40,996 nt of DNA from assembly GCA_040905425.1 (NCBI GenBank), contig JBBDRO010000021.1, forward strand, positions 10,396 to 51,391, given 5' to 3'. The DNA is from Gemmatimonadota bacterium (lineage in GTDB: Bacteria; Gemmatimonadota; Gemmatimonadetes; Longimicrobiales; RSA9). A program made the position numbers and the translations under genes. The notes under the pieces are model-generated. The model was not told where the DNA came from, did not search any database, and saw nothing but the letters and a program-made list of their open reading frames with translations. This document shows, one piece after another, positions 7,761-16,478 of the stretch (positions within the stretch are counted from its first letter, which is position 1; each line of letters begins with the position of its first letter).

Positions 7761-8167
7761 CGTCGCGGCGTCCCGCGAGGACGCGGGAGGCGGCCGCTCG
7801 ACTCCGGAAGGCGCGAACATTCCTCCAGGCCGCCCGGGACGGGCTGGCCCTCGCTGACGAACGCACTGCGGGTGATCCCATCATGTCGAACGCCATCCTC
7901 GCGACGATCGCCTTCGCGGACGCGCTGACGATGAAATCCGCGGCAATCAAGAACGAGGGTGACCATATGCAACTGCCGCGGACGCTGCGCCGGGCCCTGG
8001 GCAACCGGTTACCGAAGGGGCAGGAAACGCGTGTCCGGCGCATCCTTGCCCTCAAGAATGAGATCCAGTACGAGCACCGAACGGCATCCATCGCCGAGGC
8101 CCGGGAACTGATGACGCAGGTCGAACGGTTCACCGATTGGGTCGAAACCGAATTCGTCCGGCCGTAG
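7757..8167 (+). CDS. HEPN-domain protein, putative toxin of the MNT-HEPN pair
   Basis: ATGA overlap with the MNT gene. Helical HEPN pattern: RLRKARTFLQAA, AI.ATIAFADAL, GDH, LKNEIQY, EARE. Confidence 0.8.
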   Translation: MTSRRPARTREAAARLRKARTFLQAARDGLALADERTAGDPIMSNAILATIAFADALTMKSAAIKNEGDHMQLPRTLRRALGNRLPKGQETRVRRILALKNEIQYEHRTASIAEARELMTQVERFTDWVETEFVRP

Positions 8168-8216
8168 CGCTCTGCGCGCATGTCATTTACGAAAAGATGG
8201 GCATCTCTCGCCCCCC

Positions 8217-9101
8217 TCACGCCCGCGGATGAAACCGCCGGTGCACGTCCCTGAGGTACTCCCGGTCCACGTGCGTATAGATCTGCGTGGTGCTGATGTC
8301 CGCGTGGCCGAGCATCTCCTGCACGGCCACCAGGTCGGCGCCGCCCTCCAGGAGGTGGGTGGCAAAGGAGTGGCGGAGGGTGTGGGGGGTGACGCGCTTG
8401 GTGAGCCCGGCGCGCTCCACGTGCTTGCGCAGGATCTTCCACACGCCCATGCGGCTGAGCGGCCGGCCGCGGGCGTTCAGGAAGACGGTGCCCTGCTCCT
8501 CCCCGCGCGCCAGGCGCGGGCGGATCTCGCGCAGGTAGACGGCCAGCGCCTGGATGGCGCCGCGGCCCATGGGCACCATGCGCTCCTTGCTCCCCTTCCC
8601 CACCACGCTGGCCAGCCCCTCGTCCAGGAGAACCGAGCGCACCTTGAGGCCCGTCAGCTCGCTCACCCGCACGCCGGAAGCGTAGGCAAACTCCAGCAGC
8701 GCCTTGTCCCGCCAGAAGAGGTGGTCGGAGGGGTCGGGGGCCTCCAGGATGCGGACCACCTCCTCGCGGCTCAGCACGTCGGGCAGGCGGCGCCAGGTGC
8801 GCGGCAGCTCCACGCGCTCGGTGGGGTCCTCGGTGACGTGGCCCTCGGCCAGCAGGAAGGCAAAGTAGGTGCGGATGGCGGACAGGGCGCGGCGGATGGA
8901 GGTGGCGGCCAGGCCGGCGTCCTTGAGGTGGTAGACGAACGCCCGCAGCCGCTCCACATCCACGGCGGCCACGCCGTCCACGCCGCGCGCCTGCATGTAC
9001 TCCACGAGTCGCCCCACGTCACGCTCGTAGGCGTCCAGCGTGCGGGGCGAGAGGCCGCGCTCGAACTCCAGGTGCGCACGGAAGGCGTCCAGGTGGTACA
9101 C
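8217..9101 (-). CDS. xerD: Site-specific tyrosine recombinase XerD (start at GTG 9101, or CTG 9119 overlapping the dedA stop)
   Basis: ERGLSPRTLDAY and LPDVLS; catalytic motifs YASGVRVSEL, GKGSKER, HTLRHSFATHLL and LGHADISTTQIYTHV. Confidence 0.9.
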   Translation of the reverse strand: MYHLDAFRAHLEFERGLSPRTLDAYERDVGRLVEYMQARGVDGVAAVDVERLRAFVYHLKDAGLAATSIRRALSAIRTYFAFLLAEGHVTEDPTERVELPRTWRRLPDVLSREEVVRILEAPDPSDHLFWRDKALLEFAYASGVRVSELTGLKVRSVLLDEGLASVVGKGSKERMVPMGRGAIQALAVYLREIRPRLARGEEQGTVFLNARGRPLSRMGVWKILRKHVERAGLTKRVTPHTLRHSFATHLLEGGADLVAVQEMLGHADISTTQIYTHVDREYLRDVHRRFHPRA

Positions 9102-9115
9102 GGGCTCCGCTCGGC

Positions 9116-9721
9116 TCAGTGCGGGTGGCGGGTGCGCCACCACCAGATCAGGAAGGCGCTAATCAGGACGCCGGCCACCCCGAGCAGCACCGTGTTGACG
9201 CTGGAGAAGAGGCGGACCACCCGGCCCAGGTTGCGGCCGGCGAAGGAGCCAAGCAGCACGATGAGGCCGTACCAGAGCAGCGACGCGCCGGCCAGCGGCA
9301 CGAACACGCGCCGGAGCGGCAGGCCGGTGACGCCCGCGAAGACGGGCACCATGGCACGGAAGGCGGGCAGGAAGCGGCTGGCGAAGATGGCCCAAGGTCC
9401 CCATTTGAAGTAGAAGCTGCCGATCTGCTGGAGCTGCCCCGGGTGGAGCAGCCAGCGCCCGATGCGGTGCTCGAAGAAGTGGTCGCCCCAGCGCCGCGCC
9501 AGGCCATAGACCAGGAGCGCGGAGCCCACATTGGGCACCCAGGTGAACAGCAGCACCAGCCACGGATCGGCCCGCCCCGCCGCGGACAGGAAAGCGCCCA
9601 GCAGTACGAAGGTGTCGGCGGGGATGGGTGGGAACACGTTCTCCACCGCCGCGCCCGCGCCGATGACCAGGTAGATCAGCGCCGGCGGCAGCTCCAGCAG
9701 CGTGGAGAAGATCCTCTCTAT
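9116..9721 (-). CDS. DedA/VTT-family membrane protein (probable start ATA 9721; first canonical start is GTG 9646)
   Basis: ENVFPPIPADT, SRFLPAFR and AG..GLP...F motifs. An in-frame hydrophobic helix IYLVIGAGAA lies upstream of the GTG. Confidence 0.9.
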   Translation of the reverse strand: MERIFSTLLELPPALIYLVIGAGAAVENVFPPIPADTFVLLGAFLSAAGRADPWLVLLFTWVPNVGSALLVYGLARRWGDHFFEHRIGRWLLHPGQLQQIGSFYFKWGPWAIFASRFLPAFRAMVPVFAGVTGLPLRRVFVPLAGASLLWYGLIVLLGSFAGRNLGRVVRLFSSVNTVLLGVAGVLISAFLIWWWRTRHPH

Positions 9722-9740
9722 GGCCGCCCTCCGCGCCGCA

Positions 9741-10220
9741 TCAGCCCTCCATGGCGTCGATGAGCGCCACGGCCATGGCCGCGATGCCCTCGCCGCGCCC
9801 GATCCAGCCCATACCCTCGTTGCTGGTGCCCTTCACCGAGACGTGCTGCGGACCGATGCCCATGGCCTCCGCCAGGCGGGCACGCATGGCCGCCACGTGC
9901 GGGCCGATGCGCGGCGCTTCGCAGATCACCGTGACGTCCACGTTGACCACCTGGTAGTTGCGCTCCTCGAGGAGCTGGACCGCGTCGCGCAGCAGCTCGA
10001 TGGAGTCGGCGTCCCGCCAGCGCGGATCGCCGGGCGGGAAGTGGGTGCCGATGTCCCCGAGGGCGGCCGCGCCGAGGATGGCGTCCGTCACGGCGTGCGC
10101 CACGGCGTCGGCGTCCGAGTGGCCCTCCAGCCCCCGCTCGTGCGGGATCACCACGCCGCCGAGCACCAGGCGCCGGCCCGCGCTGAAGCGGTGCGAGTCG
10201 TAGCCGGTGCCGACGCGCAT
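9741..10220 (-). CDS. ispF: 2-C-methyl-D-erythritol 2,4-cyclodiphosphate synthase
   Basis: RVGTGYDSH, GHSDADAVAHAVTDAILGA and GDIGTHFP. Confidence 0.97.
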   Translation of the reverse strand: MRVGTGYDSHRFSAGRRLVLGGVVIPHERGLEGHSDADAVAHAVTDAILGAAALGDIGTHFPPGDPRWRDADSIELLRDAVQLLEERNYQVVNVDVTVICEAPRIGPHVAAMRARLAEAMGIGPQHVSVKGTSNEGMGWIGRGEGIAAMAVALIDAMEG

Positions 10221-10230
10221 GGGCGCTCGC

Positions 10231-10632
10231 TCAGCTCCCGGCCAGACGCAGGATGCGGAGCGCCAGGTGGGCGGCGTTCTTGGCGTTGTCGATGCCCACG
10301 CACGCCACGGGCACGCCGGGCGGCATCTGCGCCACGGAAAGCAGCGCGTCCAGCCCGCCGAGCGCCGCGTTCAGCGGTACGCCGATGACGGGCAGCTTGG
10401 TATGCGCCGCCACCACGCCGGGCAGCGCCGCCGACAGCCCCGCCCCGCAGATCACCACGCCGAACCCCTTCGCCTCGGCCGTCTGCGCCAGCTCCGCCGT
10501 CCTGTCCGGGTCACGGTGCGCGCTGGAGACGATGACCTCCGCCTCCACGCCCGCCTCCTCCAGGATGGGCACCGCCTTCTGCATGCGCTCCATGTCCGAC
10601 TGCGAACCCATCAGGATGAGAACCTTCTTCAT
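10231..10632 (-). CDS. purE: PurE-family AIR carboxylase / N5-CAIR mutase (short form)
   Basis: MGSQSD, SAHR, LPVIGVP and QMPPGVPVA. ATG 10632 follows GGAG. Confidence 0.93.
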   Translation of the reverse strand: MKKVLILMGSQSDMERMQKAVPILEEAGVEAEVIVSSAHRDPDRTAELAQTAEAKGFGVVICGAGLSAALPGVVAAHTKLPVIGVPLNAALGGLDALLSVAQMPPGVPVACVGIDNAKNAAHLALRILRLAGS

Positions 10633-10644
10633 GACTCCACGTTC

Positions 10645-10673
10645 CATAAGTAAGGGGGCCGCCGATGGCCCCT
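10645..10673 (-). terminator. Probable intrinsic terminator after mqnC
   Basis: GGGGCC-6nt-GGCCCC stem followed by TTACTTAT on the minus strand. Confidence 0.5.
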
Positions 10674-10692
10674 GTATCCAAGCGACGTTCGT

Positions 10693-12069
10693 TCAGCGTG
10701 CCGCGAGCGCGGCTCCGCGCGCGCAGCACGGGCACCCCTCGTCGCTTTCATGAACCAGGGTGTAGTCCTGATAGCGACGGCGCGGGGTGAAGCCGGCGTC
10801 CTCGATCAGCCGGCGGATCTCGGCCTCGGGCATGATGAAGTCGATGCCCGTGGCGCTGACCACGTTTTCCTCCAGCATGAGGGAGCCGAAGTCATTGGCG
10901 CCGAAGCCCAGGGCAATCTGGGCCATCTTGGGGCCCTGCGTGACGTAGGAGACCTGGACGTTGCTGAAGTTGTCCAGCACCAGCCGGCTGAGCGCGGTCA
11001 TCTTCAGGTAGTCCATGCCCGTGCCCAGCGCGATGTCCCAGTCCTGCATCTCAGTCTGCGAGGGCTGGAAGGACCAGGTGATGAAGGCCGTGTAGCGCCC
11101 GGCGTGGCCGGCGTCCAGGCTGCGCTGCTGGGAGGCGCGCAGCTGCTGCAGGTGCTCCAGCCGATCCGCCCAGCTCTCCCCCACCCCGTACATCATGGTG
11201 GCGGTGGTGTGCATGCCCACCTCGTGCGCCATCTCGTGGATCTCCAGCCAGCGCTCCGAGTCGATCTTCTTGGGCGCGATGAAGTCCCGCACGGCGTCCA
11301 CGAGCACTTCGGCCCCGGCGCCCGGCATGGAGTCCAGCCCCGCCTCGTGCAGCTCCCGGAGCACACGCTCCTCGGGCAGCTTGCTCACCTGCGCGATCAT
11401 CTGGATCTCGGAGGCGCTGAAGGCGTGCACGTGGATGGGGTGGTGCGCCTTGATGTGCTGCAGCAGCCCCGTGTACCAGTCCAGCGGCAGGTACGGGTTG
11501 TGGCCGCCCTGCATGAGGATCTGCACGGCGCCCACCGCCTTGGCCTCCTCGATCTTGGCGCCCACCTCGTCGTAGCCCAGGACGTAGGCCTCATCGTCCT
11601 TGGGCCGCCGGTAGAAGGCGCAGAAGCGGCAGTCGGTGACGCAGACGTTGGAGTAGTTGATGTTGCGGTCCACGATGTAGCTGACCACGCCTTCCGGATG
11701 CTTCTCGGCCCGCAGCGCGTCGGCGCGGGCGCCCAGCTCCAGCAGCGGCGTGCCGGCCAGCTCCTCCATCCAGTGGGCGATCCCCTCGGCGTGCGGGCGA
11801 CCGGCGATGGGCGCGGGCGTGTAGGCGGGCTGCGCCGCGCGTCGGCGGGCGCCCACGGCGCCCGCACCGGTGGGCAGGCGCACGCGCGGCGCCACGGTCG
11901 AGAGAATGGGCAGGGCGCGCTGCTCGTCGGCCGTCGTAGCGCGCTCGGACGGGCCGCGCTGCATGCGTTCGTACCCGATGTCGGGAACGCCGCCGGCGCC
12001 GTTGCCGGACGCGCCGCACTCGTGCGCTACGCCGGCCCGCTCGGCGGGGACGTCGCCTGACATCACCAC
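10693..12069 (-). CDS. mqnC: Cyclic dehypoxanthinyl futalosine synthase (radical SAM)
   Basis: VSYIVDRNINYSNVCVTDCRFCAFYR, QILMQGGHNP, GANDFGSLMLEENVV. Start overlaps the mqnE end. Confidence 0.9.
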   Translation of the reverse strand: MVMSGDVPAERAGVAHECGASGNGAGGVPDIGYERMQRGPSERATTADEQRALPILSTVAPRVRLPTGAGAVGARRRAAQPAYTPAPIAGRPHAEGIAHWMEELAGTPLLELGARADALRAEKHPEGVVSYIVDRNINYSNVCVTDCRFCAFYRRPKDDEAYVLGYDEVGAKIEEAKAVGAVQILMQGGHNPYLPLDWYTGLLQHIKAHHPIHVHAFSASEIQMIAQVSKLPEERVLRELHEAGLDSMPGAGAEVLVDAVRDFIAPKKIDSERWLEIHEMAHEVGMHTTATMMYGVGESWADRLEHLQQLRASQQRSLDAGHAGRYTAFITWSFQPSQTEMQDWDIALGTGMDYLKMTALSRLVLDNFSNVQVSYVTQGPKMAQIALGFGANDFGSLMLEENVVSATGIDFIMPEAEIRRLIEDAGFTPRRRYQDYTLVHESDEGCPCCARGAALAAR

Positions 12070-13223
12070 TCCCTTACTTCCTCGTAGCGTGCGTTGCGCT
12101 CCACGGGGCGCTTGCCGGCGTCCTTGATGATGCGGACGATCTCGGCAAAGGTCATCCCCTCGGGCGTGCCGGCGCCGGCCTCGTGGTAGATGCGCTCGCG
12201 GCGTACCGTGCCCTCCAGGTCATCCACGCCGAAGTGAAGCGCGATCTGGCTCACCTTGGCCGAGTTCATGACCCAGTGCGTCTTGACGTGCCGGAAGTTG
12301 TCCAGGAAGAGGCGGCCCACGGCCAGGTTCTTGAGGTCATCGAAGCCGGTCGTGGCGGTGCCCACGCGCCCCAGCTCCTCCCCCAGCTCGTTGTTGTCCG
12401 GGTGGTAGGCCAGCGGGATGTAGGTCAGGAAGCCGCCCGTCTCGTCCTGCAGCTCGCGCAACAGCGCCAGGTGGTCGGCGCGGTCCTGGAGCGATTCCAC
12501 GTGGCCGTAGAGCATGGTGCAGTTGGAGGGGATGCCCATGCCGTGCGCCACGCGGTGCACCTCCAGCCACTCCTCGGCGGCCAGCTTGCGCTCCGCGATG
12601 GTGGCGCGCACGCCGCGCGCGAAGACCTCCGCGCCGCCGCCCGGGATGCTGTCCAGCCCCGCCTCCACCAAGCGCTGCAGGGTATCCTGGGTGGAGAGCT
12701 TCTCGATGCGCGCCAGGTTGGCGATCTCCACCGCCGTCAGCGCCTTCACCTCCACGCCGGGATGGCGCTCCTTCAGGCCGCGGATCAGGTCCTCGTAATA
12801 GGAGAGCCGCAGCTTGGGGTGCAGGCCGCCCACGATGTGGAATTCGCGCACGGGCGTGTCGGTGGCCATGGCGGCCTCGTGGAAGGCCTCCTCCAGCTCC
12901 ATGGTGTAGGCCCCCTCCTCCTTCGGCATGCGCGCGAACGAGCAGAACGTGCACGTGTTGCGCAGGATGCAGACGTTGGTGGGGTTGAGGTGCTGGTTGG
13001 CGCACAGGAAGACGCGCTCGCCGTTCTTCTGGCGATTCACGTGGTCGGCCAGGGCGCCGATGCCCAGGATGTCGTGGCTCTCGAAGAGCGTCACGGCGTC
13101 TGCGCCGGTCAGTCGCTCGCCGCGCAGCACCTTGTCGGTGACGGCGAAGAGCGCAGGATCACGGGGCGCCACGCGCAGGCCGTCGGCGCTCACTATGCTG
13201 GAATCCGCCAGGGCGGGAGTCAT
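12063..13223 (-). CDS. mqnE: Aminofutalosine synthase (radical SAM, CofH/MqnE family)
   Basis: HLNPTNVC, EFHIVGGLHP, KALTAVEI, PGGGAEVF, SNCTMLYGHVE, DDLEGTV..ERIYHEAGA. Confidence 0.9.
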   Translation of the reverse strand: MTPALADSSIVSADGLRVAPRDPALFAVTDKVLRGERLTGADAVTLFESHDILGIGALADHVNRQKNGERVFLCANQHLNPTNVCILRNTCTFCSFARMPKEEGAYTMELEEAFHEAAMATDTPVREFHIVGGLHPKLRLSYYEDLIRGLKERHPGVEVKALTAVEIANLARIEKLSTQDTLQRLVEAGLDSIPGGGAEVFARGVRATIAERKLAAEEWLEVHRVAHGMGIPSNCTMLYGHVESLQDRADHLALLRELQDETGGFLTYIPLAYHPDNNELGEELGRVGTATTGFDDLKNLAVGRLFLDNFRHVKTHWVMNSAKVSQIALHFGVDDLEGTVRRERIYHEAGAGTPEGMTFAEIVRIIKDAGKRPVERNARYEEVREW

Positions 13224-13254
13224 GCGTTCAATCCGCTGAAAATGCTCGTCCCGG

Positions 13255-14526
13255 TCAGCTGCCGTCCCAGCGCCGGACGGCCAGACAGACGTTGTGGCCG
13301 CCGAAGCCGAAGGAGTTGGTCACGGCGTAGCGCACCTCCCGCTCCACGCGCTCGTTGTGCGCGTAGTTGAGGTCACACTCCGGGTCGGGCGTGGTGAAGT
13401 TGATGGTGGGAGGGATCATGCCCTCGCGGCAGACGAGCGTGGTGATGACGCCCTCCACGGCGCCCGCGGCGCCCAGCAGGTGGCCGGTCATGGACTTGGT
13501 GGAGCCCATCACCAGCTGCCACGCCGCGTCTGAGAAGACCGCCTTCACGGCCTTGGTCTCGTTCACGTCATTCATGGGCGTGGAGGTGCCGTGGGCGTTG
13601 ATGTAGTCCACGTCCCCGGGCTGGATGGCGGCGTCCTCGAGCGCCAGCCGCATGGCGATCTGCGCCCCGGCGCCCATCGGCGCGGGCGCCGTCAGATGGT
13701 AGGCGTCGCCGCTCTGGCCGAAGCCCACCACCTCACCCAGGATCTCGGCGCCGCGCGCGCGAGCGTGCTGCAGGGATTCCAGGACCATGGCGCCCGCACC
13801 CTCACCCAGCACGAAGCCATTGCGGGTGGCGTCGAAGGGTCGGCTGGCCGTCTCCGGGGAGTCGTTCCGATCCGAGAGCGCCTTCATGTTGCCGAAGCCC
13901 GCGATGGCCAGCGGTGACACGCTGGCCTCCGTGCCGCCGGCCACCATGGCGTCCGCGTCCCCCCGCTGGATGATGCGGAAGGCGTCCCCCACGGCGTGCG
14001 CGCTCGAGGCGCAGGCGGAGACGGTGGCGTAGTTGGGTCCCCGGAAGCCGTAGCGAATGGACACGTGCCCCGGCGCGATGTCGGGGATGAACATGGGAAT
14101 GAAGAACGGGCTGATCCGCTTCGGCCCGCGCTCCACCATGGTGCGCGCCTGATCCTCGAAGGTGGCCATGCCGCCGATGCCGCTGCCGATGACCACGCCC
14201 ACGCGATCCAGGTCCACGGACGCGCCCTCCGCGACCAGGCCCGACTGGCTGACGGCCTCGTGGGCCACGACCATGGCAAACTGGGAGAAGCGGTCCATGC
14301 GCCGCGCCTCCTTCTTCTCCATGTGGTCCGTGGCGTCGAAACCCTTCACCTCACACGCGAAGCGGACGTCGTAGTCCTCGTGCGCGTCGAAGAGCGTGAT
14401 GGGTCCCGCGCCGCTCGCGCCGTCCAGCAGCGCCCGCCAGGTCGAGGGGACGTCGTTGCCCACGGGGGTGAGCAGGCCCACCCCCGTGACCACGACCCGG
14501 TGTCCCCGGACGTTCCGGTTATCCAT
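13255..14526 (-). CDS. fabF: 3-oxoacyl-ACP synthase II
   Basis: [29 protein letters not shown] and NSFGFGG. Confidence 0.97.
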   Translation of the reverse strand: MDNRNVRGHRVVVTGVGLLTPVGNDVPSTWRALLDGASGAGPITLFDAHEDYDVRFACEVKGFDATDHMEKKEARRMDRFSQFAMVVAHEAVSQSGLVAEGASVDLDRVGVVIGSGIGGMATFEDQARTMVERGPKRISPFFIPMFIPDIAPGHVSIRYGFRGPNYATVSACASSAHAVGDAFRIIQRGDADAMVAGGTEASVSPLAIAGFGNMKALSDRNDSPETASRPFDATRNGFVLGEGAGAMVLESLQHARARGAEILGEVVGFGQSGDAYHLTAPAPMGAGAQIAMRLALEDAAIQPGDVDYINAHGTSTPMNDVNETKAVKAVFSDAAWQLVMGSTKSMTGHLLGAAGAVEGVITTLVCREGMIPPTINFTTPDPECDLNYAHNERVEREVRYAVTNSFGFGGHNVCLAVRRWDGS

Positions 14527-14551
14527 GACGATCCGTTTTCTCGTGGCGTGC

Positions 14552-14794
14552 TTACTCCGCGCCCTTCTCCTCGAGATACTTCACGGCGTCACCCACCGTC
14601 TGCAGCTTCTCGGCGTCCTCATCGGGAATCTCGATGCCGAACTCCTCCTCGAAGGCCATCACCAGCTCGACCGTGTCGAGCGAGTCGGCGCCGAGGTCCT
14701 CCACGAAGGACGCGTCCGTGGTCACCTTCTCGGATTCCACGCCGAGCTCGTTGATGATGATTTCCTTGACCTTCGCCTCGGTGTTGTCCGCCAT
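14552..14794 (-). CDS. acpP: Acyl carrier protein
   Basis: [20 protein letters not shown]. Confidence 0.98.
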   Translation of the reverse strand: MADNTEAKVKEIIINELGVESEKVTTDASFVEDLGADSLDTVELVMAFEEEFGIEIPDEDAEKLQTVGDAVKYLEEKGAE

Positions 14795-14817
14795 TGTTTC
14801 CCTCTCGGTTGGATTGA

Positions 14818-15564
14818 TCAGATGACCATGCCGCCGTCGACAACGATCACCTGTCCCGTTATGTAGGACGCTCCCGGACCCGCCAGGAAGCGTACGACCG
14901 ACGCAATATCGTCGCCGGTGCCCAGTCGGCCAAGGGCAATCTGCTCCTGCAGGCCGCTCCGGGCTTCCTCACCCAGGGCATCGGTCATTTCCGTCTCGAT
15001 GAACCCCGGGGCCACAGCGTTGCACAGGATGTTGCGGGAGGCCAGCTCCCGGGCCACCGACTTGGTGAAGCCGATGAGCCCCGCCTTGGAGGCGGCGTAG
15101 TTGGCCTGACCCTTGTTCCCCGTGATCCCCACGACGCTGCTGATATTGATAACACGCCCGCTGCGCCGCCGCATCATGCCGCGGGTAAATGCCTTCGTGG
15201 TGTGGAAGGCGCCCTTCAGGTTGGTGTCCAGGACGCGGTCCCACGCGTCACCGTCCAGACGCATGAGCAGGTTGTCCGCCGTGACGCCCGCGTTGTTGAC
15301 CAGGATGTCGACGGGGCCCGTCGTGCCCTCCACCGCTTTCACCAGGGCATCCACGGCCACGGCGTCCGCCACGTCGCAGGCGAACCCGGCGTGGCCCTCC
15401 CCCGGCAATTCGGCGGCGGCCGCGGCCGCGCGCTCGGCGTTGCGGGCCACCACCGCAACGCGGGCACCCGCACGTGCCAGGCCATCGGCAATGCTCCGCC
15501 CGATGCCCCGGTTGCCGCCCGTCACCAGCGCGATCTGTCCCTGTAGCTCCGCCGCCTCGCTCAC
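14818..15564 (-). CDS. fabG: 3-oxoacyl-ACP reductase
   Basis: [12 protein letters not shown] and YAASK motifs, in fab operon context. Confidence 0.96.
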   Translation of the reverse strand: MSEAAELQGQIALVTGGNRGIGRSIADGLARAGARVAVVARNAERAAAAAAELPGEGHAGFACDVADAVAVDALVKAVEGTTGPVDILVNNAGVTADNLLMRLDGDAWDRVLDTNLKGAFHTTKAFTRGMMRRRSGRVINISSVVGITGNKGQANYAASKAGLIGFTKSVARELASRNILCNAVAPGFIETEMTDALGEEARSGLQEQIALGRLGTGDDIASVVRFLAGPGASYITGQVIVVDGGMVI

Positions 15565-16478
15565 TCGAAACCCCTCACGTCCTCTGCAGTGCCGATACTT
15601 ATCGACGTGACGCCGCGATCCACGCGCCGGAGCAACCCGGCGAGCACGTTGCCCGGTCCGAGTTCCAGGAAGCGCTCGGGTCCGGCCGCCACCAGCGCCC
15701 GCATGGACGCCGTCCAGCGCACGGGCGAGGTGAGCTGCGCCACGAGCAGGCGGCGCCCGTCCACGGGATCACGCACCGGCTCGGCCGTCACGTTGGAAAC
15801 GATCGGAAAGGCCGGCTCGCTGAACGGCACCTGGCTGAGCACCGCCTGCAGGCCGGCCTCCGCCACCTCCATGAGCGGCGAGTGGAAGGCGCCGGACACG
15901 TTCAGCGGCACCGCACGCTTCGCGCCGGCCTCCCTGGCCAGCTCCATGGCCCGCTCCACGGTGGGTCGGTCACCGCTGATGACCAGCTGCCCCGGCGCGT
16001 TGTAGTTGGCCGGCACGCAGTCACCGCCCTCGGCGGCTGCCCGGCGGCAGACATCCTCCACGGCCTCGTCCTCCAGCCCCAGGATGGCGGCCATGGTGCC
16101 CTCCCGCTCCTGGCCGCCGTGGAACATGAGCTCACCGCGGCGGCGTACGACGCGGATCCCGTCGGCCAGCGTAATGCCGCCGGCCGCCACCCAGGCGCTG
16201 AACTCGCCCAGCGAGTGACCTGCGGCGTAGCCCACCGGGCCGATCCGGCTGCCGAGAACGCGGTGCACGGCCAGGCTGTGCGTGAGGATGGCGGGCTGCG
16301 CGTTGCGCGTCTCCGTGAGTTCCTCCTCCGGCCCCTCCCAGCACAGCTTCGAGAGGGCAAAGCCCAGGACGCTGTCGGCCTCCTCGAAGACGGTCCGTGC
16401 CTCGGGGAAGGCCGCGGCCAGCTCGCGGCCCATGCCCACTGTCTGCGAGCCCTGCCCGGGAAAGAGGAGCGCTACCAC
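15561..16478 (-). CDS. fabD: Malonyl-CoA:ACP transacylase
   Basis: FPGQGSQ, GHSLGE and VSGAFHS. GTG 16478 overlaps the fabH end. Confidence 0.96.
   Translation of the reverse strand: MVALLFPGQGSQTVGMGRELAAAFPEARTVFEEADSVLGFALSKLCWEGPEEELTETRNAQPAILTHSLAVHRVLGSRIGPVGYAAGHSLGEFSAWVAAGGITLADGIRVVRRRGELMFHGGQEREGTMAAILGLEDEAVEDVCRRAAAEGGDCVPANYNAPGQLVISGDRPTVERAMELAREAGAKRAVPLNVSGAFHSPLMEVAEAGLQAVLSQVPFSEPAFPIVSNVTAEPVRDPVDGRRLLVAQLTSPVRWTASMRALVAAGPERFLELGPGNVLAGLLRRVDRGVTSISIGTAEDVRGFE

Noticed and set aside
8217..9101. Tyrosine recombinase as the integrase of the adjacent accessory patch or as an integron integrase
   Set aside because: Sequence, size and operon position match housekeeping XerD. 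I saw no IntI-specific insertion, attC-like sites or flanking direct repeats.
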